From: a virus
Lineage: Duplodnaviria > Caudoviricetes
Length of the DNA stretch: 62,015 nt
Virus record (IMG/VR): IMGVR_UViG_3300033076_000935
Location: 1 to 62,015 of that record
Strand: one strand, 5' to 3'
The translations under genes were made by a program, and so were the position numbers. The notes below the pieces were generated by a model. It made no database searches, had not been told where the DNA came from, and saw only the letters and a list, made by a program, of their open reading frames with translations. Below, in pieces: positions 47,960-57,911 of the stretch (the first letter of the stretch is position 1; each line of letters starts with the position of its first letter).

Positions 47960-50288
47960 CTCTCCAGTTATTTGAAATCTCTGGTGGTGCTTTTAAAGTT
48001 ACGCCAGGTAGTACAGTTGTAGTCTCCATAATCTCTCTAACAATAGGAGCAAACATCTCTGCATCTTCTTCTGCAACATTTATAATTAACTGGTCATGTA
48101 CCTGTGCTTGTACTTTAGCATCAATACCCAGCTCTTTTGCTTTTCTATTAATCATTACAGCTGCTCGGTTTACTACCGCGGCTGCTAATGACTGTAATTG
48201 GAAGTTTAAACAGTTATTAAGTCCGTTACGGTAGTCTCTATAGAGAGCCATAACATCATCTTTACCGTATTGAGCAGCTAACTCATTTCTAAACTTCCAA
48301 TCCATAATACGTTCTCCGTATCTATCGTAAATTCGTTTTACTTTATTTAAGTGTCGAATACGTCCTACATAGTTTGTAATAAAGCCTTTTTCTTTAATCT
48401 GCTTACGTGAGTTTTCTCTCCACTCCTTTAACTGTGGAAATCCATCTAAATAACCTTGAACAAGCTTCTCTGCTTCTTTCTGAGGAATTCCTAGAGTCAT
48501 ACCTAACGCATAAGCCTCCATTCCGTAGGCAATACCTAACGAGTAAGCTTTTGCTTGATTACGTTTAACCGGGTCTAACTTTTTTAAGTAGTTAGGAGCT
48601 TTTTTATCAGGTGAAACTCCGTCTGGGTATTTTACTTTATCTTCGTCGAGCTTTTCAGTTCGAATAGCTACAGTAGAGTAGAAGTCCCATCCGTTATTAA
48701 AGATCTCTTGAAGCTTTACATCTCCTGCTACAGAAGCAAAACAGTGAGGCTCTAGAGACTCGTAATCGGCATCAATTACCTTACGTCCTTTACCCGCAAT
48801 TAAGAATGCACGTACAATGTTAGTATACTTAACAATAATAGGAGCATCTTCTCCTTCTTCTTTAGGTTTAGGTAACTGTTGAGCATCAGAACCGTAACGT
48901 CCAGATACTGTACCATTTTGCTTGAAGTAAAAATAGTAACGGCCGTCTTCTGAACCGTCAATAAAGCGGTCGATATAGGTAGATTTAATCTTAAGAAGTT
49001 TATTGTAGATTCGTAAGTTTTCTGCCCAGGTATATTCTTTAGACAAGTCTTCTAACATCTCCATATCGAATTGATCAGTACCTTTAGTAGTCTTAGACTT
49101 AGCTTTAATACCCATGTACTTAAACACGATTTCACCTAAGTGCTTTTTAGACTGGATGTTAATATACTCTCCATCGTTAGTCTCTTTCCACATTGACATA
49201 GATATACGAGCTACTTCCATAGGATCTAATAAGTCTACTTTACCTGTAAGTAAAAATTCTTTGATAGGAGAATCTTCTAGTTCGTTAACAGTTTTAGCGG
49301 TAATAGAATACTTACCTGTTTTTTCAGATTTAGGTAGATCTAAAGAATAACGTCTACATAGCTCTTGAGCCCAGTTACCTTTATTTGTAGGAGGGTAGTT
49401 ACTAAAAGCTGTATCCATTACCCAGTTCTTACCTGCGTCAGTATCTAAAAGGCTCTTCATTACGATCTTCTTATTTTCAGTAAGATCGGCCATAATCTCT
49501 TCATGAGTCTTCTTAAGTAAATCCATATCTAAATCTACTCCGTATTCTTCCATTGGAATAGTAACTTCTCGGTAGATAGGCATTACCTCTTCTTCAAAAA
49601 AGAATTTTTCTAGATTCTCTTCTTTTAATTTAGGTAAGTATAGGTTGCAAATACGTAAAGTTAAATCGGTATCGGCAGCAGCGTACTTAGAAAGTACTTC
49701 CATATCTGCTTTGTAGATTTCATAGTTATCTTTTGTAACTGAACCTCCATTAGCTTTAATAGATTCCTTAAGTTCTAACTGCTCTTTGTTAGCTGCTTCT
49801 TCTACGTCTAATCCTAATGCTTTTTGATTCATAATAGCAATAGATTTCAAACCAAAAGGATTACCAAAGCCAAATGCTCCATCTTCTTGAACTGTATGAA
49901 CAAGTAAAGCAGTATCTACCCAAAGATCTTCTAATAGACTAATACCGTAGTAGTTTTTAACGAAACGGGTATCGAAAGATGCGTTATGCATTACAAGTTT
50001 TTTACCTTTTAATAACGGTAATAACTTCTTTGTAATCGCATGAGCCCCTCTACCACCAATCAAGCATTCTTCTAACTGTTGGGTGTCGTTATTCCACTTC
50101 TGTGTAGGTAGATAAAAACCTATACCTTCATCTCCTGAAACTGACCATCCTACAATGCTACCTTTTCGCATATTAAGTGAATCAGTCTCGGTATCGAATG
50201 CTATCGTATCAGATGCGTTGATATGTTCGATTAGTAAATCTACTAATTCTATAGAATCTACGGTGTAATATTTTTTTTCTATATTCAT
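47949..50288 (-). CDS. polA: Family A DNA polymerase with 3'-5' exonuclease domain
   Basis: Exo motifs DTET, HNASFD, YAAAD; polymerase motifs DADYESLE, R..AK...LG..YG, VHDQ; start at MNIEK. Confidence 0.93.
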   Translation of the reverse strand: MNIEKKYYTVDSIELVDLLIEHINASDTIAFDTETDSLNMRKGSIVGWSVSGDEGIGFYLPTQKWNNDTQQLEECLIGGRGAHAITKKLLPLLKGKKLVMHNASFDTRFVKNYYGISLLEDLWVDTALLVHTVQEDGAFGFGNPFGLKSIAIMNQKALGLDVEEAANKEQLELKESIKANGGSVTKDNYEIYKADMEVLSKYAAADTDLTLRICNLYLPKLKEENLEKFFFEEEVMPIYREVTIPMEEYGVDLDMDLLKKTHEEIMADLTENKKIVMKSLLDTDAGKNWVMDTAFSNYPPTNKGNWAQELCRRYSLDLPKSEKTGKYSITAKTVNELEDSPIKEFLLTGKVDLLDPMEVARISMSMWKETNDGEYINIQSKKHLGEIVFKYMGIKAKSKTTKGTDQFDMEMLEDLSKEYTWAENLRIYNKLLKIKSTYIDRFIDGSEDGRYYFYFKQNGTVSGRYGSDAQQLPKPKEEGEDAPIIVKYTNIVRAFLIAGKGRKVIDADYESLEPHCFASVAGDVKLQEIFNNGWDFYSTVAIRTEKLDEDKVKYPDGVSPDKKAPNYLKKLDPVKRNQAKAYSLGIAYGMEAYALGMTLGIPQKEAEKLVQGYLDGFPQLKEWRENSRKQIKEKGFITNYVGRIRHLNKVKRIYDRYGERIMDWKFRNELAAQYGKDDVMALYRDYRNGLNNCLNFQLQSLAAAVVNRAAVMINRKAKELGIDAKVQAQVHDQLIINVAEEDAEMFAPIVREIMETTTVLPGVTLKAPPEISNNWRDGH

Positions 50289-50289
50289 G

Positions 50290-50754
50290 TTATGCAAACT
50301 TTTCAATTAATGGATTTTTATCTACTGGAAGCCATACTCCGATGCTGCCGTCTTTTAAGTGAGATGTCTTAATACTGCGATCTTTTAATCGTTTATCAAT
50401 GTAACCTCTCATCTCATTAACACTATAGAAGTATATACCCTTAGTATATACACTGTAGCAAAATATCCAGTCAGATTTAGTAGTATTAAACCATCCTAAC
50501 TTACCGGTACCTTTATAAAGTTCCATAAATGTAAGCCCAGATTCGCCGATATTAGCTTTTGCATCACCTCTATCCCAGGTATTAGTCTTTCGATTAAAGA
50601 ATTCGAAATCTAATCCTTTTTGTTGATAGCCTTTGAAAGCTGAATAGTCGGTTAAGTCTTTTACTTCTGTGATCTGACTTAGAGCTTGAATAACCGCGTA
50701 TTCTCCTACTCTACCTTTTTCTAATTTTAATTGAAATTCTTCTTTTGTAGCCAT
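50290..50754 (-). CDS. Putative PD-(D/E)XK-fold nuclease
   Basis: G..GE...GLDF...DAK. Confidence 0.45.
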   Translation of the reverse strand: MATKEEFQLKLEKGRVGEYAVIQALSQITEVKDLTDYSAFKGYQQKGLDFEFFNRKTNTWDRGDAKANIGESGLTFMELYKGTGKLGWFNTTKSDWIFCYSVYTKGIYFYSVNEMRGYIDKRLKDRSIKTSHLKDGSIGVWLPVDKNPLIEKFA

Positions 50755-50790
50755 ACTATAACCGTTTTATTTCAATAAAGATACGAATAA

Positions 50791-50819
50791 AAAAGGGAAG
50801 TTCCAACTACTTCCCCTTA
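50791..50819 (-). terminator. Intrinsic terminator overlapping a class A promoter
   Basis: GGGAAGT-AGTTGGA-ACTTCCC-TTTTT followed by TTCGTATCTT. Confidence 0.65.
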
Positions 50820-50822
50820 TTT

Positions 50823-51086
50823 TTAATACTCTCCGTAAAGATCAAATTTCTCTGGTTCCGGAGGAGTTATTGTAATTTCTTGCTCACGGATTGCGTAAAG
50901 CTTTCCGGCAAGTGGATCTAATTTATAAGCTCCTTTAAACTTTGTCTTTCTTAGATAGGCAGTTAATGTTGGAACTAAACCTTCTACGACAACACCTTGA
51001 TCTATTGTCAATTCCCAGTTATCACCAGGTGGAACTCGGGTAGCTATGAGTTCTGGGTATTCTTGTTTAATTACTTCAGCTGACAT
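50823..51086 (-). CDS. Hypothetical protein
   Basis: 87-aa ORF coupled to queF. Confidence 0.6.
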   Translation of the reverse strand: MSAEVIKQEYPELIATRVPPGDNWELTIDQGVVVEGLVPTLTAYLRKTKFKGAYKLDPLAGKLYAIREQEITITPPEPEKFDLYGEY

Positions 51087-51997
51087 TATTGACGTAAAGT
51101 TTTAGCAATTGTAAATTTAGGATCTGTAAAGAAATCTGGGATTAAGCTTTGGTGTGTAGCTCGGATAGGGTTAATATCTAAACCTCCTCTACGAGTATAC
51201 AAGCAAGCTACCATTAATTGTTCTGGCTTATATGCATCAGTTAGGTGCTTAAATACCATCTCACAAATCTCTTCGTGGAAGTGAGAAACAGTTCTATGCG
51301 ATACAATATACTTAGCTAATGATTCAGCAGAAGGTACATTTTTACCTACAATACGAATATATACATCCCCCCAATCTGGTTGGTTTGTTACTCTACAGTT
51401 TGAACGCAGTAAGTTAGACTTAACTTTAACCTCTATCGCTTCTTCTGATACTGCCATAACTTCTAACTGGCTTGCATCTGACTTAAATGAAGTAAAGTCT
51501 ACTTTATCTAAATCTGCTGCTTCTGCTAAATCAGTATAACCTACAAAAGTTAACGGATTAGCTTCGTCGCTAGATGAATAAAAACTAACAGTAGTCTCTG
51601 TGTCTAGTAATTCATCTAAATCTCTTTTTACTCTAGCTTCAATACCTGAAATACAGTCTGCTGCTGTATCTCCAATACGAGTCATGTTAAAAGAGTTCAA
51701 ATATAACTTAATAGATTTAGATTCTACGTGAAACTCTGAAGAAGCAGGACATACAATCTTTAACATACCTGCTACAGGCTGTCCTTTAGTTGTAATAGCT
51801 GAAACTTCATATGCATTCCATGTATCTACTCCTACGAACTCTTTACCGGTTAATTCGTAAGCTTCTCGGTTTAAGTAACGAGGGATTTTTACTAATAACT
51901 CCGGATCATAGGTATCTTTATAACCTTCTCCGCCGACTTTACCTAAATGTTTACCGGCAATGGCTACTACTGCTTCTTGATTTTTTTCGTTTGACAT
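51086..51997 (-). CDS. queF: NADPH-dependent preQ0 reductase (bimodular QueF)
   Basis: ESKSIKLYLNSF, SNCRVTNQPDWG, FHEEIC, YTRRGGLDINP. Confidence 0.92.
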   Translation of the reverse strand: MSNEKNQEAVVAIAGKHLGKVGGEGYKDTYDPELLVKIPRYLNREAYELTGKEFVGVDTWNAYEVSAITTKGQPVAGMLKIVCPASSEFHVESKSIKLYLNSFNMTRIGDTAADCISGIEARVKRDLDELLDTETTVSFYSSSDEANPLTFVGYTDLAEAADLDKVDFTSFKSDASQLEVMAVSEEAIEVKVKSNLLRSNCRVTNQPDWGDVYIRIVGKNVPSAESLAKYIVSHRTVSHFHEEICEMVFKHLTDAYKPEQLMVACLYTRRGGLDINPIRATHQSLIPDFFTDPKFTIAKTLRQ

Positions 51998-51998
51998 A

Positions 51999-52517
51999 TT
52001 ATTTTATAAAATTTAAAATTTGCTCTACTCTTTGCATAGGTGAACCAGTTATAGTCAAGTAAGGTTGTCTAACTGTTTCTAATTCTGATTTAAAACGTTC
52101 ATCTATCTTCTTTCTCCAGTCTTCATTAACACTTCTTACTCCATCATCTACTGATTCAAATTCAATAGGAAAATAAACATAATGTGTATACTCTCCTTTA
52201 ATTCTATTCCAAGTATCTTGAATAAAATCATGAGTACCTCTATCGATGTTATCCATAAAACATGAATATACTAATACATCCATATAGCATCTATCTAATA
52301 CTAAGTTATAAGGTTTAAGTAAAGCTTCTAAGTGGAAAGAACTAATAGCTAACTGAGTAGCATCTGTTCCATTCTCGTTAATAGGAAAACCATAACTTGC
52401 TACAGTCCTAGTAGATTCATTTATAAACTCATACTTAGGTAATTTATTCTTAAGAAGCTCATATACCGTAGTCTTACCTGTACTACTTGCTCCTACTAAT
52501 GCTATTCTTTTTATCAT
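51999..52517 (-). CDS. P-loop nucleotide/nucleoside kinase (AAA_28/NadR-like)
   Basis: GASSTGKTT, LDRC..D, DDGVR. Confidence 0.75.
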   Translation of the reverse strand: MIKRIALVGASSTGKTTVYELLKNKLPKYEFINESTRTVASYGFPINENGTDATQLAISSFHLEALLKPYNLVLDRCYMDVLVYSCFMDNIDRGTHDFIQDTWNRIKGEYTHYVYFPIEFESVDDGVRSVNEDWRKKIDERFKSELETVRQPYLTITGSPMQRVEQILNFIK

Positions 52518-53080
52518 GACAAAACTACTTTTAAAAACTTATACCACATATACAATGCTTTATCTCTTAATGTAAGATAAAAAGCTCGTTCATCCAACCC
52601 TTCTTGTAAAAATTCTTCATAATCTATAACCTCTCCTTCGTCAACTCCGGCAGTTACTTTATGTAAAACTGCTCCTGCTGTTTCATATCGCTTAAAAGAT
52701 CTTTCTTGAGGATCTTTACCTTTTAACTCTGGATACTTTGTAATTAAACCTGGGTGTCCGTTAAAGATTTTATATCTGTCACAAATCTCAGGAGGCATTA
52801 CTCTTAACCATCCGTGTAAGGTTACTACCAGTTTTTCAGCAGGTGCTAGATGACTAAACAACGCTTCATACTCCTCTAAGGTAGGTTTATTACTCATTAC
52901 AAATAGAAAAGGTAGTTGTGCTATCCTAGGATCTACTGTACGTAGTTCAGCCGGTCTTTGATTAGTTACAATCAAGTTAGGCCATCTACCTAATTTCTCA
53001 GATAAAGCTACTATCTCAGAACCTGTCTGAGAGAAAAAAGCTACCCACTGGTTATGCGGATTTGGTTGTTCCGTTTGCAA
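52514..53080 (-). CDS. PurN-like formyltransferase (DpdN-like preQ1 formyltransferase)
   Basis: FSQTGS, LHGWLR, NGHPG, HKVTAGVDEG; lies between the dpdA-like gene and queF. Confidence 0.8.
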   Translation of the reverse strand: MQTEQPNPHNQWVAFFSQTGSEIVALSEKLGRWPNLIVTNQRPAELRTVDPRIAQLPFLFVMSNKPTLEEYEALFSHLAPAEKLVVTLHGWLRVMPPEICDRYKIFNGHPGLITKYPELKGKDPQERSFKRYETAGAVLHKVTAGVDEGEVIDYEEFLQEGLDERAFYLTLRDKALYMWYKFLKVVLS

Positions 53081-53858
53081 ATTGTCTAAATCTTTGAATG
53101 TTAAATAAAATTGTACTTGTATCTTCTACTTCTGCGTTAATCATCTCAAATAACTTTTGAGATTCTTTATTCCAGAGTCCTTCTTCTTTATACTCAATTC
53201 CTTTAATACCGTGTACTACTGGGTTTGATGTATCTAAAGAATATATCCAGTTATACTTTGCATGCTTATAGAATGCAAACTCTTGAGGTAATCCACAACC
53301 CAAAAGGTGGTGAGGTTTATCTGTATTGATAATACCGTCTTTAAGTAAATCTCCAAGTAACTTCACACGTCCTAGCATCCAACTAACGTACTTGTTAGGA
53401 TGAGGTACTGTCTGTGTATAGTACGAATAGTCAAAAGAAATTGCTATCATATCTACTCCAGCTTTTTTATCCATATGCTGATAGCAGTCTACGATTTGCT
53501 TATAAGTTCTACCCTGTACAACTCCGATCTTTTTACTAGGTACATCAAAGTATTTACTATTCCACATATCCATAGAAGCCATAGTTTTTACACTATCTTC
53601 TAACACATCCGGAACTATATACCAGGTAGGTTGTAATTCATCTACCCAATATGCAAACTTACCTGCATCAAATGCATTACCTAATTCAAAAATAGAGTTA
53701 TCTAAGATAATCTCTCTTCCGCTTCTTTTAGCTTCTTTGAATAACTTATAATACTCAATATCTTCTTCAAATAAATGAACTAACGCATAATCGTAGTCTG
53801 TAAACTGCTGTACAGTTTTAAAAATACTCTTTGGAGATTCGTGAGCAATTTTAATCAT
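53052..53858 (-). CDS. dpdA: TGT-fold 7-deazaguanine transglycosylase (DpdA-like)
   Basis: ILDNS.FE, PDVL, GVVQG, HLLG, SLDTS; que-gene context. Confidence 0.75.
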   Translation of the reverse strand: MIKIAHESPKSIFKTVQQFTDYDYALVHLFEEDIEYYKLFKEAKRSGREIILDNSIFELGNAFDAGKFAYWVDELQPTWYIVPDVLEDSVKTMASMDMWNSKYFDVPSKKIGVVQGRTYKQIVDCYQHMDKKAGVDMIAISFDYSYYTQTVPHPNKYVSWMLGRVKLLGDLLKDGIINTDKPHHLLGCGLPQEFAFYKHAKYNWIYSLDTSNPVVHGIKGIEYKEEGLWNKESQKLFEMINAEVEDTSTILFNIQRFRQFANGTTKSA

Positions 53859-54048
53859 TGGATGTTAATGTATTTAATGTTTTTCTTACGTCTTCTAATT
53901 GTGAATCTAACCTGTCAATAAGGTCATTTGTCTGGTTTACTAAATCTACATCATTAATAAGAGAAAGTACCACAGAAAGCGGTACCATCTCCATTTGATG
54001 TGTTTCTACGTAAACAGCGTGTTGTTTAATTTGTTCCGCTATTGTCAT
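53851..54048 (-). CDS. Hypothetical protein
   Basis: 65-aa ORF in operon. Confidence 0.5.
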   Translation of the reverse strand: MTIAEQIKQHAVYVETHQMEMVPLSVVLSLINDVDLVNQTNDLIDRLDSQLEDVRKTLNTLTSND

Positions 54049-54520
54049 CGAAGAATTGTTTTAGGTTAGGTTTAAAATAATTAATTGATTTCATAACCTT
54101 TCTATCTCGTGTTCTATACACGATGTAATATTCACCTACTTTCTCATAATGACAAGGCTCACCTTGCTGTTCTGATCGAACTTCAACTGTCTTCATTGCT
54201 TCTTCTTCAGTCTTACAAGCTTTAGACATATTTGAGGCTTGTACCTCTGCGTAAGCAGGGTTAAACTTGTCTTTCAAGCCATGAAGCATTACTCCATTAC
54301 CTAAAGATACGTAAGTGATATCACATAGAGCATCTAATACCTCTACAATATCTCCTTTTTCACAAGCTTCTTTATACTCCTCTAACTCTTCTAAGATAAA
54401 GTTGTAAACAAATTCCCATTCTTTACGCTCTGGTATTACTGGGGTATAATTATTAGGTTTACCGAAAGTAGCGTTAAACACTTCTACTTCGTCTACAAAA
54501 GGTACGTTATTATTTTTCAT
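54026..54520 (-). CDS. MazG-like all-alpha NTP pyrophosphohydrolase
   Basis: EELEEY...EVLDALCD, VQASNMSK. Confidence 0.8.
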   Translation of the reverse strand: MKNNNVPFVDEVEVFNATFGKPNNYTPVIPERKEWEFVYNFILEELEEYKEACEKGDIVEVLDALCDITYVSLGNGVMLHGLKDKFNPAYAEVQASNMSKACKTEEEAMKTVEVRSEQQGEPCHYEKVGEYYIVYRTRDRKVMKSINYFKPNLKQFFDDNSGTN

Positions 54521-54559
54521 ATACTTAATTTACGAAATTTTAGGCAGATTCGCAACTTA

Positions 54560-55270
54560 CTAGTTACGACATTTTCCAGCTAATTCTATATTCTTATAGA
54601 ACTCTGCTCTGCAAGAATCTTCTTTTAAAAAGGCTCCTGATAATTTAGCGGTTTGCATTGAAGCACCGTTGTGTTTAGTACCTCGGCAAGATACACAGTT
54701 ATGTGTTGCATCTACCATTACGGCTACTCCATCATTACCTTCACAGATCTTATCGATAGCATTATGAATTGCCACAGTCAGCTGTTCTTGAATAGCTCCA
54801 CGACGTCCAAAATACTCTACAATACGGTTCAATTTAGATAAGCCAATAACCTTACCGTCCTTACCTGGGATGTATGCTACACTAACTCGACCTTGAATAG
54901 TCTGGTGGTGGTGCGAACACATCGAAGTTAACGGAATATTACTCTCCTGTACTAAGCCGTCATATCCATCTGACGGAAATGCTGTAATTTCTGGTGGTGC
55001 ACTAAATCGACCTGCCCATAAGTCATTTACATAAGCTTTTGCTACACGACGTGGGGTGTCTGATGAGTTTGGATCATTTCTCCAATCACATCCTAATGCA
55101 TCTAGAAACTTACCGAAAGCATCTGCTGCGTTTGAAATAATTTCGTGTTTTTCTGAATCAGTTAGATGAATATCTAACATTTCACTTCTCTTTTGTTTTT
55201 CTGCTAATTGCAGAGATAACCCATTTGCGTAACCTGCTTCGGTTACTTCTAACGAATACTTTTTCTTCAT
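54560..55270 (-). CDS. folE: GTP cyclohydrolase I
   Basis: TPRRVAK, SMCSHH, GLSKLNR, QEQLT, HNCVSCRG. Confidence 0.95.
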   Translation of the reverse strand: MKKKYSLEVTEAGYANGLSLQLAEKQKRSEMLDIHLTDSEKHEIISNAADAFGKFLDALGCDWRNDPNSSDTPRRVAKAYVNDLWAGRFSAPPEITAFPSDGYDGLVQESNIPLTSMCSHHHQTIQGRVSVAYIPGKDGKVIGLSKLNRIVEYFGRRGAIQEQLTVAIHNAIDKICEGNDGVAVMVDATHNCVSCRGTKHNGASMQTAKLSGAFLKEDSCRAEFYKNIELAGKCRN

Positions 55271-55278
55271 TTTATATG

Positions 55279-55308
55279 TATGTTTTTTAAAGTGGTGCTA
55301 CGACACTA
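55279..55308 (-). ncRNA. preQ1-I riboswitch-like leader upstream of folE
   Basis: AGUG-UCGUAGCAC-CACU-UUAAAAAACAUA between the promoter and the start codon. Confidence 0.65.
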
Positions 55309-55347
55309 CTATAACTTAATTTACGAAAACTTTATTTAAGATCCAAA

Positions 55348-55770
55348 TTATTTTAAGTAATCTTGAATCGAATCACTGTCTTTATTTTCCCAAGGAAAGA
55401 CTAACCATCTTTTATCTTCAATAAGCTCACAATATTTATCCGGAACGTATGTACTATCGACTCTGTATGCTAAAGATAAAGTTAAGAACTCATAGTCATC
55501 AATTTCTGCAAAAGTAATTCCGGTATCACAAATATCGTCTACTACTAAAGTCTTACGTCTTAAACGTTCTGGTAGTAGTTTTGCATCTTCAATACTAATA
55601 TACTTTATACTGTACTTATGTGAGATTAAGACTGCTGGTATTAGTCCTCCTCTTGGTAATCCTGTAACAAATGATACAGGTTCTTGGCAATTCAACCACA
55701 TTCCTACCTTATCTACTTGCTTCTCTACCCACTCCCAGGTAAGTAACTCTTTTATAGTGACTTCCTTCAT
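55348..55770 (-). CDS. Type I phosphoribosyltransferase (purine PRT-like)
   Basis: PRGG, LVVDDICDTG, W.VFPWE. Confidence 0.85.
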   Translation of the reverse strand: MKEVTIKELLTWEWVEKQVDKVGMWLNCQEPVSFVTGLPRGGLIPAVLISHKYSIKYISIEDAKLLPERLRRKTLVVDDICDTGITFAEIDDYEFLTLSLAYRVDSTYVPDKYCELIEDKRWLVFPWENKDSDSIQDYLK

Positions 55771-56195
55771 TAGTCTTTTATCTCGTTCTTACCGTTTGTA
55801 TAATGCCATAAGCTTCCGGAAGGGTATGCGTATGTAGTCGAAGTCGTCATACCGCTAAAACCCAAAGGGCTACTTATTGTAGAAATAGATCCTACACCTG
55901 GTGTGGTTGTAATAACTCCGGTTCCTCCACCTGTACCGTTTGGCAAAAATGGGCTGTTAATACCGGGTACATCTCCTACATAGTAGGGATTAATTCTATG
56001 AGGTTCTTGCCATCTTGGGTATGGCTCATGTACCTTAAATGTATTAGGGTCTGACAATATACCTCCTAGTGGGAATGAATCATCTACCTCTTTTAATTTA
56101 TCTTTTAATGCATCCCATTGCTTTGGAGTTGGTGCATACTCGTGGCAAGCTTCTACAAAGCCTTGCATCCATGTAACGAATTCTTTTGATGTCAT
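55770..56195 (-). CDS. Hypothetical protein with Gly/Thr-rich tail
   Basis: 141-aa ORF. Confidence 0.55.
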   Translation of the reverse strand: MTSKEFVTWMQGFVEACHEYAPTPKQWDALKDKLKEVDDSFPLGGILSDPNTFKVHEPYPRWQEPHRINPYYVGDVPGINSPFLPNGTGGGTGVITTTPGVGSISTISSPLGFSGMTTSTTYAYPSGSLWHYTNGKNEIKD

Positions 56196-57040
56196 GATAA
56201 CTGGTTTATATATTCTTGTAATCTATCTTTAGGTTCCCATACTAGCTTCTTCAAGGTATCGTCGTTTTCACGTAAAGTTTTTCGGTAATTACCTTTTTGA
56301 TCTGCCATATAAACTTTTACGCAGTTAAACTTCTTAACAAACATATCAGCTACTTCGTTAATAGAGTAGTTTAAACCTGTTCCTAATTCCCAAGCATCTT
56401 CGTGTTTGTAGTAAGTCAACCCTATCTTAAATAACCCTTCTACAATATCATCTACATGTGTAAAATCACGTCTCTGTTCTCCATCTCCTACTATCGTTAT
56501 AGGGTAATTCTTTTTAACCTGTCCTCTCCATTTACCAATAACTGCAGCCCAATCTCCATCTGTGACTTCTCCAGGTCCATATACATTATAGAATCTAGCT
56601 ATCTCAATACTGGTACCGTAAGTTGTTCTGTACATCTTACAGATCTCTTCACCTAAGTGTTTGTAACATGCATATGGTGATAAAGACGGGTTATGCCAAC
56701 GTGAAGAAGAACCGGCATAGATTAACTTAGCTCCTATTTTCTTTGCAAATTCACAAACTGCTTGAGTACCTAATGTATTTACTCTAAATGTAGCTGTTGG
56801 GTTTTCGAAAGAGGGCTGTATTCTACTTAGAGCGGCTAAATGGTAGATCATTTTAAAATCTTTATCCATTAAGTCAATATTCTCTATATCCCCGCTAAAA
56901 TACGTACACCCCTCTTTCTCATTTTCTTTATATCCTGTGCTGTAGTCGTCTAAAGATACTACTGTGTGTCCTTCTCGTAATAACCTTGCTATTAAGTTTG
57001 AACCGATAAATCCGGCTCCTCCTGTAACTAATATTTTCAT
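56192..57040 (-). CDS. NAD-dependent epimerase/dehydratase
   Basis: TGGAGFIG, YxxxK (YACYK), RFYNVYGP, GDGEQRRDF. Confidence 0.92.
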   Translation of the reverse strand: MKILVTGGAGFIGSNLIARLLREGHTVVSLDDYSTGYKENEKEGCTYFSGDIENIDLMDKDFKMIYHLAALSRIQPSFENPTATFRVNTLGTQAVCEFAKKIGAKLIYAGSSSRWHNPSLSPYACYKHLGEEICKMYRTTYGTSIEIARFYNVYGPGEVTDGDWAAVIGKWRGQVKKNYPITIVGDGEQRRDFTHVDDIVEGLFKIGLTYYKHEDAWELGTGLNYSINEVADMFVKKFNCVKVYMADQKGNYRKTLRENDDTLKKLVWEPKDRLQEYINQLS

Positions 57041-57631
57041 TTATTTACACTGTATTTGATAATCCTTGTATGTTACCTTCTTTGGTGCTTCATTTGGAAA
57101 ATAGTAACAAGATTTTCCAGATGTGTAATGGATATGTTTATAAAAACCTTTTGGAATAGAAGCACCACCAGGGACTTTCTTAGGTTCTTTATCAAACTCT
57201 ACATCAATTTCAACTTCTACCTTCTCTTTCTTAGCTAACTCTCTTTCATACATTTCTAAATGTTTCCAAATACCTCTATTAAGACTTTGATGCTGTAAAG
57301 CTGAGTTTAGGTACGAGAATGTCTTATATAACATCTCTTTATCACAGTTAAAATCTGCTGCTGGTGCCATATGACCCTTATCCCACTCGTTATTAACGTA
57401 GTCATTGTTATCTGCTGTATGTATTTTCTTATCAGTGTAGAATTCCATACCTGTTCTTGAAGCAGTGCCGTTAGGGCACAATACCACGTACGTTACTTTA
57501 ACCGGGTTTTCTAATTTTTCTGAATAAGATACTTTGTAAATACCAAAATCAACTTGTTTTAAGTCTTGACCAAAAGATAGTGTTGTGTATGCTAATAGTA
57601 CTAGTAAAAGCAAATTCGATTTTCTTCCCAT
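57041..57631 (-). CDS. Secreted DNA/RNA non-specific endonuclease (NucA-like)
   Basis: Signal peptide ending FGQ; DKGHMAPAAD, LNRGIW..LE, IP..FYK. Confidence 0.88.
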   Translation of the reverse strand: MGRKSNLLLLVLLAYTTLSFGQDLKQVDFGIYKVSYSEKLENPVKVTYVVLCPNGTASRTGMEFYTDKKIHTADNNDYVNNEWDKGHMAPAADFNCDKEMLYKTFSYLNSALQHQSLNRGIWKHLEMYERELAKKEKVEVEIDVEFDKEPKKVPGGASIPKGFYKHIHYTSGKSCYYFPNEAPKKVTYKDYQIQCK

Positions 57632-57891
57632 TTATAGTTGTTTAATTGTTTATAATCTGTTTCAGATAAAATTGTGATACTGGTAGGATCTACTGGGTGT
57701 TCATCTATATAGTTGATTAATTCTAGGATAGTTATAGGTCCAAACTCTATCTCATCGTAATCTTCTGTGATTAGATGTAGATTTCCGTTTTGGATTTTAT
57801 AATCCCATACAATTAAACCATCTACAAGGACTTCAACATCTCCCATGTTCTCTAGCCCTACTTCGTATCTAATAATATCTTCTAAATTCAT
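57601..57891 (-). CDS. Acidic hypothetical protein
   Basis: 96-aa ORF after a class B motif. Confidence 0.55.
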   Translation of the reverse strand: MNLEDIIRYEVGLENMGDVEVLVDGLIVWDYKIQNGNLHLITEDYDEIEFGPITILELINYIDEHPVDPTSITILSETDYKQLNNYKWEENRICFY

Positions 57892-57911
57892 AGTAAATAT
57901 AAATAGGAGTT

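Noticed and set aside
52514-53080. Purine-biosynthesis purN auxiliary gene
   Set aside because: No other pur genes are present; its position between the dpdA-like gene and queF favours deazaguanine formylation.
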